In this document: one piece after another, positions 1 through 9,828 of the stretch
Position numbering within the stretch: the first letter of the stretch is position 1
Layout of the letters: every line of letters starts with the position of its first letter
NCBI GenBank assembly: GCA_963665615.2
Contig: CAXXQE010000008.1
Location: 1-64,000, forward strand
DNA: 64,000 nt
Direction: 5' to 3'
Source: Syntrophales bacterium
Lineage (GTDB): Bacteria; Desulfobacterota; Syntrophia; Syntrophales; UBA4778
Notes under the pieces: generated by a model
Database searches by the model: none
What the model saw: only the letters and a program-made list of their open reading frames with translations
What the model was told of the DNA's origin: nothing
Translations under genes and position numbers: made by a program

Positions 1-342
1 ATCGATCTCATCTTCCGTCATGGAGAGCGCTTTTACCTGATCGACTGGAAATCGAACCTCCTCGGCCATCGCCGGGAAGACTATCGTCGCGAGGGACTCC
101 ACGAGAGTATTCTCGGATCATACTACTTCCTCCAGTACCACCTCTACACGGTGGCGCTCGACGGCTACCTCCGCAAAAGGCTGCCCGGCTATGATTACGA
201 CCGGCACTTCGGCGGAGTCTATTATGTCTTTTTGAGGGGAATCAATCCTATCGATGGCCCGAACGCGGGCATCTATCGGGACAGGCCGTCAAAAGCATTG
301 GTGGCGGCGCTGAGGGAGGAATTGATAGATAGCGAACGGTAA
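1..342 (+). CDS. recB: RecBCD subunit RecB, C-terminal nuclease domain (5' partial)
   Basis: Frame 1 reads IDLIFRHGERFYLIDWKSN...QYHLYTVAL...FGGVYYVFLRG, the RecB nuclease motifs; directly upstream of recD. Confidence 0.93.
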   Translation: MDLIFRHGERFYLIDWKSNLLGHRREDYRREGLHESILGSYYFLQYHLYTVALDGYLRKRLPGYDYDRHFGGVYYVFLRGINPIDGPNAGIYRDRPSKALVAALREELIDSER

Positions 343-366
343 ATAGTAAATAGTGACGAGTAACAG
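339..366 (+). repeat. Heptamer tandem array (family H)
   Basis: GTAAATA GTAAATA GTGACGA GTAACAG; the recB TAA lies in the first unit. Confidence 0.75.
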
Positions 367-457
367 GCAACAGCTACAACATAAGCAAGTTCGACGGAAA
401 CTCTTTTAACTCGAAACTCGAGACTCAAAAATTCGCTCATAGCGGAGCGGCCAATAG

Positions 458-2326
458 ATGGAAGACATAATTCAAATCATAGCGGAAGGCAGCGGCGGGT
501 ATTTCTCCCCGCTGGACCGGCGGTTTGCGATTTTCATGGCCGATCTTTCGGGAGGCAGCGCTCCCGCGGTGGCTCTGGCGGCGGCCCTCGTCAGCCGCCA
601 TCGCGCGGCTGGGCACATCTGCATCGATCTCGCCGCAGTCGCTGGAAGGACCTTGGACACAGGCGCGACCCCTCTGCCCTGCCCGCCCCTCGCCGACTGG
701 CTCACCTCGCTGCAGGCCAGTCCTGTGGTGGGACGACCCGGCGATTATCGACCGCTCATTCTGGACGGCAATCGCCTCTATCTCTGCCGCCACCGAGAGG
801 AGGAAGCGTCCGTCGCCGAACGGCTCCGGGAGGATGCCCTGTGGACCGCGCCTGTTTACGACGATGCCCTGCTCAGGGCCGGACTCGACCGCCTCTTCCC
901 GGTGGCGTCCTCCGGGACCGACTGGCAGAAGATCGCTGCAGCGCTGGCAGTGCTGAAGCGCTTCTGCGTGATCTCCGGCGGGCCCGGCACCGGCAAGACC
1001 ACGACCGTCGCCAGAATCCTGGCCCTCCTGATCGAGCAGGCGAAGCTGAAGCCAGATCGGACGAATTTACGAATCGCCTTGTGCGCACCGACCGGCAAGG
1101 CGGCGGCGCGCCTTCAGGAGGCGATTCACCGACAGAAGGATTTTCTCGATTGTTCGGACACCATAAAAGATGCCATCCCAGGCGAGGCATCAACAATTCA
1201 TCGGCTTCTGGGTGTCGAGGCAGGTTTGCGTTCCGCCTTTGTCCTGGTGGATACCCCCGAACCGCTTGCGGTGGACCTGTTGGTGATCGACGAGGCCTCG
1301 ATGGTGGACCTGCCCTTGCTCGCACGTCTCGTGAAAAGACTGCCGCCGCGAGCCCGGCTCATCCTGCTGGGCGACAAGGACCAATTGGCCTCGGTCGAAG
1401 CAGGCGCCGTCCTGGCTGATATCTGCGATACGGCAGCGGAAGGCTATGATCCCGTTTTATCCGAACGGCTCGCCGCGTTGACGGGTGCAGACCTCCCCGC
1501 CGCGGCAGCGTGCGCAAACGGTTCTGTCGGCAACTGCATCATAACGCTTCAGAAGAGTTACCGCTTCGACGAGCAAAGCGGCATGGGCAGGGTCAGCCGA
1601 ATGATCAACGCAGGAGAGGCGGACACGGCACTCGACCTTCTGAAGAGCGACCGTCATCCGGACATCGCCTGGAAACCTTTGCCCCCGGCGGATCAACTGA
1701 TGACGCAACTCGGAATGAAAGCGATGGCGGGATTTGCAGACTATCTCCGCTGCGAAGATCCCGCCGAGGCGATGACGGCCTTCAACCGCTTCCGCCTGCT
1801 GTGCGCCCTACGGGAAGGGCCCTATGGCGTCCGCGCCGTCAATGCCCTGATCGAACGTCTGCTCGTGAAGGCGGGCCTCGTTCGACGCGACGGACCCGGC
1901 TATGAAACCTGGTACCGGGGGCGTCCTGTTCTGATCGTCCGAAACGACTACGCCCTGCGGCTCTTCAACGGCGACGTGGGGCTGGTCCTCCCCGATCCGG
2001 AAACGGGTCGGCTCTGCGCCTTCTTCCAGGATACGGACGGCGCGCTCCGCAAGGTTCCACCGCTGCGCCTGCCGGAACACGAGACCGTCTATGCGATGAC
2101 TGTTCACAAAAGCCAGGGATCGGAATTCGACGATGTCGTCCTCATCCTTCCCGACCGCTCCGCCCCGGTCCTGACGCGGGAACTCCTCTATACCGCCGTC
2201 ACGCGCGCCAGACATCGCGCCGAGATCTGGGGGCATGACGAGGTCTTCACCGGCGCCGTCGCCCGCCGCATTGAAAGGGAATCGGGCCTGAACGAGGCCC
2301 TCCAGACACCCCTGACGTCAGGATAG
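458..2326 (+). CDS. recD: RecBCD subunit RecD (exodeoxyribonuclease V alpha)
   Basis: GGPGTGKT Walker A, APTGKAAARL, DEASMVD, YAMTVHKSQGSEF, LLYTAVTRAR. Confidence 0.97.
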   Translation: MEDIIQIIAEGSGGYFSPLDRRFAIFMADLSGGSAPAVALAAALVSRHRAAGHICIDLAAVAGRTLDTGATPLPCPPLADWLTSLQASPVVGRPGDYRPLILDGNRLYLCRHREEEASVAERLREDALWTAPVYDDALLRAGLDRLFPVASSGTDWQKIAAALAVLKRFCVISGGPGTGKTTTVARILALLIEQAKLKPDRTNLRIALCAPTGKAAARLQEAIHRQKDFLDCSDTIKDAIPGEASTIHRLLGVEAGLRSAFVLVDTPEPLAVDLLVIDEASMVDLPLLARLVKRLPPRARLILLGDKDQLASVEAGAVLADICDTAAEGYDPVLSERLAALTGADLPAAAACANGSVGNCIITLQKSYRFDEQSGMGRVSRMINAGEADTALDLLKSDRHPDIAWKPLPPADQLMTQLGMKAMAGFADYLRCEDPAEAMTAFNRFRLLCALREGPYGVRAVNALIERLLVKAGLVRRDGPGYETWYRGRPVLIVRNDYALRLFNGDVGLVLPDPETGRLCAFFQDTDGALRKVPPLRLPEHETVYAMTVHKSQGSEFDDVVLILPDRSAPVLTRELLYTAVTRARHRAEIWGHDEVFTGAVARRIERESGLNEALQTPLTSG

Positions 2327-3664
2327 TTCCGCCTTGACCGCCCGGCCGATCGCTTCCAGGGTGTAGGGTTTCTGAAGATAACGGTTGATGCCGAGACGCC
2401 TGGCCTCGGAGGTGTGCTCCGGTTCCGAAAAACCGCTGGCGATGATGGCCTTTTGATCGGGACGGATCTCGATGATCCGGCGGTAGGTCTCCAGGCCGTT
2501 AATCCCGGGGGCCATAATCATATCCAGAATGACCAGATCGGCGCGCCGTCCCGCAAGGTATTGAAGGGCCTCTTCGCCGCTGATCGCCGATGAGACAGCG
2601 TAGTTGAGGCGGCCCAAAAGAGAAGCCGCAATATCGCGCTGTTCGGCGACATCGTCCACCACGAGAATCGACTCGCCGTTTCCCATCAGGTGTTGGAGCT
2701 GCGATGTCTTTTCGCTTGCCACCCGTCGCAACCCCGTCGAGGGAAAATAAAGGGTAAAGGTCGTTCCCATGTCTAACTCGCTCTGGACCTCAATGCGCCC
2801 GTTGTGGTCCTTTACCGTTCCCCAAACCACTGTCATCCCCAGACCGGTGCCGCTGCGTCCCGCCTTTTTTTTGGTGAAGAAGGGATCGAAAATCCGCTCC
2901 TGGTCTCGCGCAGACATCCCGGTACCCATATCCGAGACCGTCATGACGATGTCGCCACCCTCCCGGTCAGCGTCACCGGAAGATGCGTCACCCGCAACGG
3001 GGGGGCAGTTACGCGTCGCGATACGGATAGCCCCTCCATGCGGCATGGCCTCTGCCGCATTGGACACGAGGTTCATGACCACCTTGCAGAGATGCACCGG
3101 CGAACCGAGGATATTCCTCAGCGTCGGTTCAAAGTCGGTCTCCATGACCATCGTGGGATGAAAATGCCGCAGTCGCTCATACTCGGGACTGCCGAGGTAG
3201 TCCCGGATGACGTCGTTCAGGTTGATTACCTCGTGCACGACGCTTCCCTTCCGGGCCAGGGTCAGAAGGTCCTGTACAATGGCCGTCGCCTTCATGCCGG
3301 AATTTCGGATACCCTGAATCGGCGTCCGGAGGGGGCTGTCTTCTGCGAGTTGCAGCAGAATCAGATCGGGAAACCCCACGATGCCGGCCAGCACATTGTT
3401 GAGATCGTGGGCCACGCCCGCAGCCATCATGCCGATCGTTTCCATCTTGCGGGTCTGCTGCAGCTGTACCTCCAGTCGCGCCTTCTCTTCGTGACTCTTC
3501 TTCTGTTCGGCAATGAGCCTTAGCAGCTGATCGACCTCGCGCAGCCGCCGCTTCCCCGCCGCTTCGGCAATCTGCTGATAATAGGCTGCCTCCGTTTCCT
3601 TTTCGTGAAGCTGCTTTTCGAGCTCACCGATCCGCTCCTCCAGAGTTTTCCCGATAGCAGTCAT
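2318..3664 (-). CDS. Hybrid histidine kinase/receiver protein with no sensor domain
   Basis: AHDLNN H-box, NAAEAM, DMGTGM, GTGLG, C-terminal VVDD...DMIM receiver; only a short coiled coil at the N-terminus. Confidence 0.92.
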   Translation of the reverse strand: MTAIGKTLEERIGELEKQLHEKETEAAYYQQIAEAAGKRRLREVDQLLRLIAEQKKSHEEKARLEVQLQQTRKMETIGMMAAGVAHDLNNVLAGIVGFPDLILLQLAEDSPLRTPIQGIRNSGMKATAIVQDLLTLARKGSVVHEVINLNDVIRDYLGSPEYERLRHFHPTMVMETDFEPTLRNILGSPVHLCKVVMNLVSNAAEAMPHGGAIRIATRNCPPVAGDASSGDADREGGDIVMTVSDMGTGMSARDQERIFDPFFTKKKAGRSGTGLGMTVVWGTVKDHNGRIEVQSELDMGTTFTLYFPSTGLRRVASEKTSQLQHLMGNGESILVVDDVAEQRDIAASLLGRLNYAVSSAISGEEALQYLAGRRADLVILDMIMAPGINGLETYRRIIEIRPDQKAIIASGFSEPEHTSEARRLGINRYLQKPYTLEAIGRAVKAELS

Positions 3665-4890
3665 CTCTCCTCCTCCGCAAAAATCATCAAAACGCCTGTC
3701 CAGTCCAGTGCGCGACTCCGGTTCGGACAGGGTGCAACCTCGACGCCCGAATAAAAACCTAACAGGGGAATGCCGTGCCGGTTCAGAACGGACTGCACCT
3801 CAGCCGCCTCCTCGGTCGGCGTATTGGACAGGGCCGCTGTCCGGCCGGCGCAATCAATGTACAATCCGAAGCGGGCAACGCCCTTGTCCTCCGCAATGCG
3901 AGCTATCAGTGCGGCGACATTCTCGGAAGCGGATTCAATCATTTTAGCGCCGTCTCGCAACATGAACTGTATCTCGGTCCCCGGCGCAAGATCCGGTTCG
4001 AAAAGCCCGATTCCGCTGCCGTCTGGCAATACCCCTGTAATCAGGCGGTTCACATAGGCCGCCTCATCAAAAGGCGCGAACTTCTGACCGTGATTGACAC
4101 CGATCGTCAGCAGATCGACGGGATGCTTGTGATGCCAGTCTTGATGGTCGTACAGGGCATCGATCAACGAAACGGCAGGTCGGCCGTCGATTTCATAGAC
4201 AACCGCCTCCTCGCTCCTCGTAATGCGGTGATAGATCCCGTCAAGAGGCGTGCAACCGTGCATGATCCGGCCGTAGAGTTTGAGCCCCCGCCCCAGCAAA
4301 AGCCCGACCAAATGTCCTGGCGCCGCAAAGGATCCGCAAAATTGACTAGGGATCCCCCGAAACTGAAAATCCCCCAGAAGCCCCGCCCCAAAAATGGGCA
4401 GTTCCGTTCCCAAGCCTCTTTCAAAACCTTCGATGAGAAGCGGCGAGGGGGACATCTCCGGCGGAGACAAATCGGTCGCAGCTTTCTTCAGCGAATCGTA
4501 GAAGAAAAGAAAGGCACTGCGATCAAAAGAGGCGGTATAGTTTTCAACCAATACCCCGGCGCACAGCGCGATATTTTCCGTTAGACTCGCCCAGGCAATC
4601 TCAAAAGGAACGCCCTCCAGAGTAAGCGCGGCAACACCTGATTCGCCGCCAGCATAGGACAACCGGTCGTTGGTAATAACGCCGATAGCGGAACCGCCTA
4701 TCACGGGCATATCGGTGCCCGCAACGGATTGTATCCCCTTAAGAAAGTCGACGGGATCGATCTGCCCACCGCAGAAAGCCATCAGTAGATCCGGTCGCGT
4801 TATGCCACCCTTTTCAAGGGCGCACCGCACCGCCTGTACCCCTGCCGCAAAAGAGGATTCTTCCGAACTGTAACCGACACCAGCCTTCAT
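3661..4890 (-). CDS. FIST (NosP-like) sensory domain protein
   Basis: PVIGGSAIG, HGCTP, EIDGRPA, DCAGR, GFYSGVE; ATGA overlap with the kinase gene. Confidence 0.88.
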   Translation of the reverse strand: MKAGVGYSSEESSFAAGVQAVRCALEKGGITRPDLLMAFCGGQIDPVDFLKGIQSVAGTDMPVIGGSAIGVITNDRLSYAGGESGVAALTLEGVPFEIAWASLTENIALCAGVLVENYTASFDRSAFLFFYDSLKKAATDLSPPEMSPSPLLIEGFERGLGTELPIFGAGLLGDFQFRGIPSQFCGSFAAPGHLVGLLLGRGLKLYGRIMHGCTPLDGIYHRITRSEEAVVYEIDGRPAVSLIDALYDHQDWHHKHPVDLLTIGVNHGQKFAPFDEAAYVNRLITGVLPDGSGIGLFEPDLAPGTEIQFMLRDGAKMIESASENVAALIARIAEDKGVARFGLYIDCAGRTAALSNTPTEEAAEVQSVLNRHGIPLLGFYSGVEVAPCPNRSRALDWTGVLMIFAEEER

Positions 4891-5229
4891 AACGCCATTT
4901 TCAACGTGAAAAAATTGTTTTATGTTGTTTTCGGACAGCCGTTTTGCAATGCGCCGCGTACCGGCCGGTCCGTGAATCCGGTAGCGCGCATCCTGCTTAA
5001 CGCCCTCCTTGGGAATCGGAGGCTCCCCGGAGTTTATTCGGGTGAATTTTTCAATCAGCTATCACAATCCTTGCCTCCTGTCTATGGAGCTAGGCCGACA
5101 ATTGATAGAGATTTTTTGAACTTTTCATGTGAGCTTCTTCCTATAGGCAATGCACCGCCCCTCTTAAGGAAAGTGCTGTGTTTTCCGATAATAAAACCGT
5201 CTCATTGCCATGCCCGACAGGACGCGACC

Positions 5230-6978
5230 GTGATAACAAATGAAGAACACCATAGCGCCGATCAGATGGCCGATGCCGCCTGCAAAGTGTATAACGCACT
5301 GCTGTCGGCCTGTCGAATCCTGGCACTCTACCCAGCGGGACACGTTTTGTCCGTCAGCGCCGCCGAGCAACTGCACGCCGGGATCCATGCGTACCTCAAA
5401 TCCTTCGGAACACTGAGATTCGATATCGAGCGGGACAGCATCCTCTCGGCGGGCATACCCCTGTCGAAGACGCCGATCGAGGAGCGAAACCCCGTATTTA
5501 GTCTTTTTCGCGACGGCATTCGCTGGCTGGAATTTGCCGAGGGATTGAGCGTGGAGGAGCTTGCGGGCATCCTCGGCATTATTAACCGTTATTCGGTCTT
5601 GGATGCGGAACCGGAAGGGGATATCGCCGTTTCCTTTTGGGAGGCCCAGTTCCCGCATTTGCGCTATGATGTAACGGACTTTGCGTTCACGCTACCAGAA
5701 ATCGCCCCAGGGTCCGGTGTCCATGACAGCGAAAGGCGTTTAGGCTCCAATCGGACGGTTTTTACAAGCAAGCAATTGGTCCGGATGGATCTTTTTCAGA
5801 CACCGGGACAAAAGGCCCGACATGAGCAGCCGCTGCCGACCAATCCCATGCCCGACATGCCCCCGCCCCTTTCAGCCGATGCCAGCTACCTGTCGCCTGA
5901 GGAAATGAGGGCCCTGCGTGAACGCGTCGCCATTGAGGAACAGGCAGATCCTACTGCCTACATCGATGCCCTGCTGGACAGTCTCCTGCAGCATGAGGAA
6001 AAAGAAAGCGCGGAGTGGATCTTGGCGGCATTGGCGGAAGAATTTACGATTTCGATGAGGCGGCGGGATTTCGATGCTTCGCTAAAAATCCTGACAGGCA
6101 TTGAACAGATCGGAGAATATACTGCAGGGCGCATCCCGTGGACCGGGACCGTATTGCAGGGGTTCTTCCGAAAGATTTCCTCCGCCGAGTCTCTGGTCAT
6201 TCTGAAGGAGATTTGGTGTGGCATCGACCCGAAGCAACTCGACACGTTCGGTCAGATTCTCAAACGGCTTCATCCTGCTGCCTCGGTAAGTATCGCACCG
6301 CTTTTGCTTTTCGCTTACGCACCCGAACTTCAACAGCTGCTGGAAGACGTGCTGATCTACCTGATAAATCGGGACGTGCAGCCCCTGCGAACATTGCTGG
6401 CGCATCCGGACAATCGCCTCCTGGAACGTCTCGTCGCTCTGATCTCACGGCTTGACAACAACAGGGCCTTTCCATTGTTGCTCCAATTGGCGCAACATCA
6501 GAACGTCAAGTTGCGCCGTCTGGCGGTTTCAACAATTGTGGCGTCCGAGCCGGGCCGCCTGAAAGACCTTTTCGGACTTTTCGTCCGCGACGAGGAAGCG
6601 TCGATCCGCCATCTCATCCTCGAGCATCTGGGACATTCCCGAAATGAGGTTGCGGAACGTCTCCTACTGTCATACCTTCAATATGGCCCCTTGAAAAAGG
6701 CCCCGGAAGCCCTTGTCATGGCCTGCTATGTCGCACTGGGACGTTGCGGTTCCGCGCGCGCGATCCCTTTCCTGCGAAAAACCCTGTTGACGTGGGGATG
6801 GGTTCCCGGCTATCGGCGTCTGCTTCACCGTGCGGCTGCATCCATTGCGCTGTGCAACCTCGATCTGCCTGAAGCGAAAACGGTCCTGATGGAAGCGGCG
6901 CGATCGTGGTATCCAGGTATTCGACGGCTCGCCTGCAAGGCATGGGGCGTGTCAGCGTATGAAGAGAGAGGACATTGA
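5230..6978 (+). CDS. HEAT-repeat domain protein (start uncertain: 5230 GTG or 5266 ATG)
   Basis: LYPAGH N-terminal motif and Leu-rich helical repeats; adjacent to HD-GYP gene. Confidence 0.65.
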   Translation: MITNEEHHSADQMADAACKVYNALLSACRILALYPAGHVLSVSAAEQLHAGIHAYLKSFGTLRFDIERDSILSAGIPLSKTPIEERNPVFSLFRDGIRWLEFAEGLSVEELAGILGIINRYSVLDAEPEGDIAVSFWEAQFPHLRYDVTDFAFTLPEIAPGSGVHDSERRLGSNRTVFTSKQLVRMDLFQTPGQKARHEQPLPTNPMPDMPPPLSADASYLSPEEMRALRERVAIEEQADPTAYIDALLDSLLQHEEKESAEWILAALAEEFTISMRRRDFDASLKILTGIEQIGEYTAGRIPWTGTVLQGFFRKISSAESLVILKEIWCGIDPKQLDTFGQILKRLHPAASVSIAPLLLFAYAPELQQLLEDVLIYLINRDVQPLRTLLAHPDNRLLERLVALISRLDNNRAFPLLLQLAQHQNVKLRRLAVSTIVASEPGRLKDLFGLFVRDEEASIRHLILEHLGHSRNEVAERLLLSYLQYGPLKKAPEALVMACYVALGRCGSARAIPFLRKTLLTWGWVPGYRRLLHRAAASIALCNLDLPEAKTVLMEAARSWYPGIRRLACKAWGVSAYEERGH

Positions 6979-6979
6979 C

Positions 6980-8431
6980 ATGATAGAGGCACCGATCTAC
7001 GAGGCGCAAATCGGGTTCATTAAGGCCTTCCACGATCTGATTCAAACGGTGCGGATTCATCAGGACAACAAGCAACTGACCCGGAAGGTGGTCGGTCAAT
7101 TCTGCGATCGCCTCTCTGAATTGACAGCCGGCAGGGACCTCCGAATCTTTTTCTGGCGAGGACGGTTCCATGTATGCAACGATACACTCCCCTACTGTCG
7201 TCACGCCCGGCAGATCATCAGCGCAATGGCCGCCTATTTTGCCGCACGGGATCTGGGTGGGCTGTGTTTCAGCGACGCCTCCAGACGGATCCCGCCCGAA
7301 GCGATCCTGAGTATGATCCATCTGCTCGACGAATCGGTCAAGCACCACAAGTCGCCGGATTGGCTCGACGAACAGTGCGCACGCCGGGGCTTTTCCTGGA
7401 TCATGATCTTCGGGAAGCTCACCGAACAACAGACTGCAGGGCTGGAGACTTCAGAGGGGAACTACATGCTGGAGTTGACGGGAAAGGCTCGCGGGCTCTA
7501 TCTAAACGCCCTGCAAACCATCCGGGAGATTGCCTTCAAAGCCTCCCGGGGCAGGGTGGGACTGCGCAATGCCAGACGCCTGTCCCAAGACATGGTCGAT
7601 CTCATCCAAGAGGTTCCTTCCGTCATGCTCGGCCTGGCCACCATCAAGGACTACGACGACTATACCTATACGCATTCTGTCAATGTCGCACTTTTGTCAA
7701 CCTGCCTCGGCCGTCAGATCGGGCTGTCCCGCGTCTCGTTGGAACATCTCTGCATCTGCGGTCTCTTCCACGATCTTGGAAAGGCAGGCGTCCCGAAGGA
7801 TATCCTCTATAAACAGGAGGGGCTAAGCCATGCAGAGTGGGAGGAATTGCGCAAGCATCCCCTGCGCGGCATTCAAGAGATCCTCCAGCTTCAAGCCCCG
7901 CAGGAGCTGAGATCCAGGATAATCCTGGGCCCCTTTGAGCACCACCTTAACCCCGATCTGAGCGGCTATCCCAAAACCCACTTTATGAAGCGCCTGAGCC
8001 TTCTGGGACGGATTCTACGGATCGCCGACGTTTACGAAGCGTTGACCGCCGACCGCGCTTATCGCGACAGGGCATTCAATCCCGGCGAGGCCTTAAGCAA
8101 GATGTGGAGGGAGGGCGAAAGGCGTTTCGATCCGCTTTTGTTGAAGGCGTTCATTCACATGATGGGCGTTTATCCGATCGGATCGATCATCGAATTGGAG
8201 GATCAACGTCTGGGACTGGTCATGGATTATACGGATCCAGAAGACCGAACCCGCCCCTTGGTGATGTTTTTAAACCACTCGGACACCGGTGAAATGACAG
8301 GTGGCGCCATGTTGAACCTCGCCCTCGATGCAGCTGGAGGCGATGCTCCCACGCCAAGCATCCGGCAGTGCCTTCACCCCTCTCGCTTGGGGCTCCAGGT
8401 CGCCAGCTTCTTCTTGCAGGAGCGGCCCTGA
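6980..8431 (+). CDS. HD-GYP domain protein (putative c-di-GMP phosphodiesterase)
   Basis: YTHSVNV, HDLGK, EHH..DLSGYP, IADVYEALT; SD GAGAGGA before ATG 6980. Confidence 0.9.
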   Translation: MIEAPIYEAQIGFIKAFHDLIQTVRIHQDNKQLTRKVVGQFCDRLSELTAGRDLRIFFWRGRFHVCNDTLPYCRHARQIISAMAAYFAARDLGGLCFSDASRRIPPEAILSMIHLLDESVKHHKSPDWLDEQCARRGFSWIMIFGKLTEQQTAGLETSEGNYMLELTGKARGLYLNALQTIREIAFKASRGRVGLRNARRLSQDMVDLIQEVPSVMLGLATIKDYDDYTYTHSVNVALLSTCLGRQIGLSRVSLEHLCICGLFHDLGKAGVPKDILYKQEGLSHAEWEELRKHPLRGIQEILQLQAPQELRSRIILGPFEHHLNPDLSGYPKTHFMKRLSLLGRILRIADVYEALTADRAYRDRAFNPGEALSKMWREGERRFDPLLLKAFIHMMGVYPIGSIIELEDQRLGLVMDYTDPEDRTRPLVMFLNHSDTGEMTGGAMLNLALDAAGGDAPTPSIRQCLHPSRLGLQVASFFLQERP

Positions 8432-8458
8432 GGTCTTGTCAGCACCCTCTCCCTCCTG

Positions 8459-9793
8459 TCAGCGGTAGATCTCCCGCAAATCATCCCCCATGGCGTAGTG
8501 CACCGCCGCCTCGGCCTTTCGGAAATCATAGATTGAGCGGATATGGTTGGTTTCGGCAACGGTCAGAAGGGTCACGGCATCGAGCACCTCCGTGGCCGTC
8601 CCTTCCCCTTCTTCGTAGCGCTTTTTGTTGATCCGCAGGTTCTCCTCGGCTTGTCCGGCGGCATCGCGGTTGACCTGGATTCGCGCATAGGCATTGTCCA
8701 GCTCCAGCCGATACCGCTGCAACTCCAGTTTGACCTCGTCGACGAGTTTTGCCCGCTGCTCCCGGAGTTGTCTGAAGCGGCTCTTCGACTTTTGCATATC
8801 CGCCCAGGAGCGACCGCCGTCAAAGAGGTTGGCCGTGATACCAAAGGTCAGCGACCAATTATTTTCGTGGGCCTGGTAAGAATTCTGCATGTAATCGTCG
8901 GCGGCCCGGACATATAATTTAGGCAGAAATTCTGAGCGCTTGGCCGTAATGTCCAGATCAATACCGCTCAGAGTGCGATCGACAATGAGAACCTCGGGCC
9001 GCTTTGCCACAGCGGTCTCCCAGGCCTTCTCCAACTCCATTTGTCGCGGTGCATCGATCGGACCCGGGGATTCGTTCAGCCGAATGTCGCTATTGAGCGG
9101 CCGTAAAAGCAGATTGTTCAGATTCGTCACCCTCATCGCCTCGAGATTTTTAGCCGACAGATGCTTCTGGCGCGCGTCGGAGAGGCGGACCTGAACCTGC
9201 AGGAGGTCGTTGCGCGTGATCACCCCCGCCTTGTATAAAAGGTTGGCATCCCGGTTGTGCGCCTCCAGCCGCTCGATCTCTTTGGCCGCGGCCTCCGTGA
9301 GCTTCATCGACTCCAGCAGATCGTAGAAAGCTGTCGTAAACTCCAGGGCGACGGCATTGCGGGCCCTGGCCGAATCGAACTTTTGCGCCTCAACGAGCAT
9401 CTTCCCTGACTGGTAGCGCGACAAACTGCCCATGAAATCGAAAAGGATCTGCTGAATGCTGACACTATAGGAATAGAAACCGGAATCAGAAGATGGTACG
9501 GTCTGACCGGCGAAAACCAGGGCGGGCTGATGCTCCAGGTCGGTGCGCGCAGCATGGGCCGAAAGCTGCGGCAATAGCCCCGCGCGCGCCATACTCGCAT
9601 CCGCCTCGGCCAGCGCCTCGCTCAGCTTGGCGATCTTGACGACGCGGCTTTCCTCGGTAACGATCTTCAATCCCTCCGACAGCGTGATGCCGGCGGCCTC
9701 CTCGGCCGATGCAGGGCGAAGCGGCAGCAGCAACGACAGCATCAGGCCAATCACGACCCATAAGGTTCGGTTCATAGAAATCATCGGATTCAT
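8459..9793 (-). CDS. TolC-family outer membrane protein
   Basis: Signal peptide, two OEP repeats (LLPQLS; FLPKLY), RYEEGEGTATEVLDA. Confidence 0.9.
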   Translation of the reverse strand: MNPMISMNRTLWVVIGLMLSLLLPLRPASAEEAAGITLSEGLKIVTEESRVVKIAKLSEALAEADASMARAGLLPQLSAHAARTDLEHQPALVFAGQTVPSSDSGFYSYSVSIQQILFDFMGSLSRYQSGKMLVEAQKFDSARARNAVALEFTTAFYDLLESMKLTEAAAKEIERLEAHNRDANLLYKAGVITRNDLLQVQVRLSDARQKHLSAKNLEAMRVTNLNNLLLRPLNSDIRLNESPGPIDAPRQMELEKAWETAVAKRPEVLIVDRTLSGIDLDITAKRSEFLPKLYVRAADDYMQNSYQAHENNWSLTFGITANLFDGGRSWADMQKSKSRFRQLREQRAKLVDEVKLELQRYRLELDNAYARIQVNRDAAGQAEENLRINKKRYEEGEGTATEVLDAVTLLTVAETNHIRSIYDFRKAEAAVHYAMGDDLREIYR

Positions 9794-9828
9794 CCTTTAT
9801 TGTTCTTTTTGGAAACTCCCGACAAACC

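Noticed and set aside
4906..5229. N-terminal extensions from the ORF track (HEAT 4906, nifU 22261, MBL 49882, MOSC 31560, isomerase 59673, permease 62217)
   Set aside because: They run through promoter or repeat DNA; downstream starts fit family N-termini, most with a better SD.
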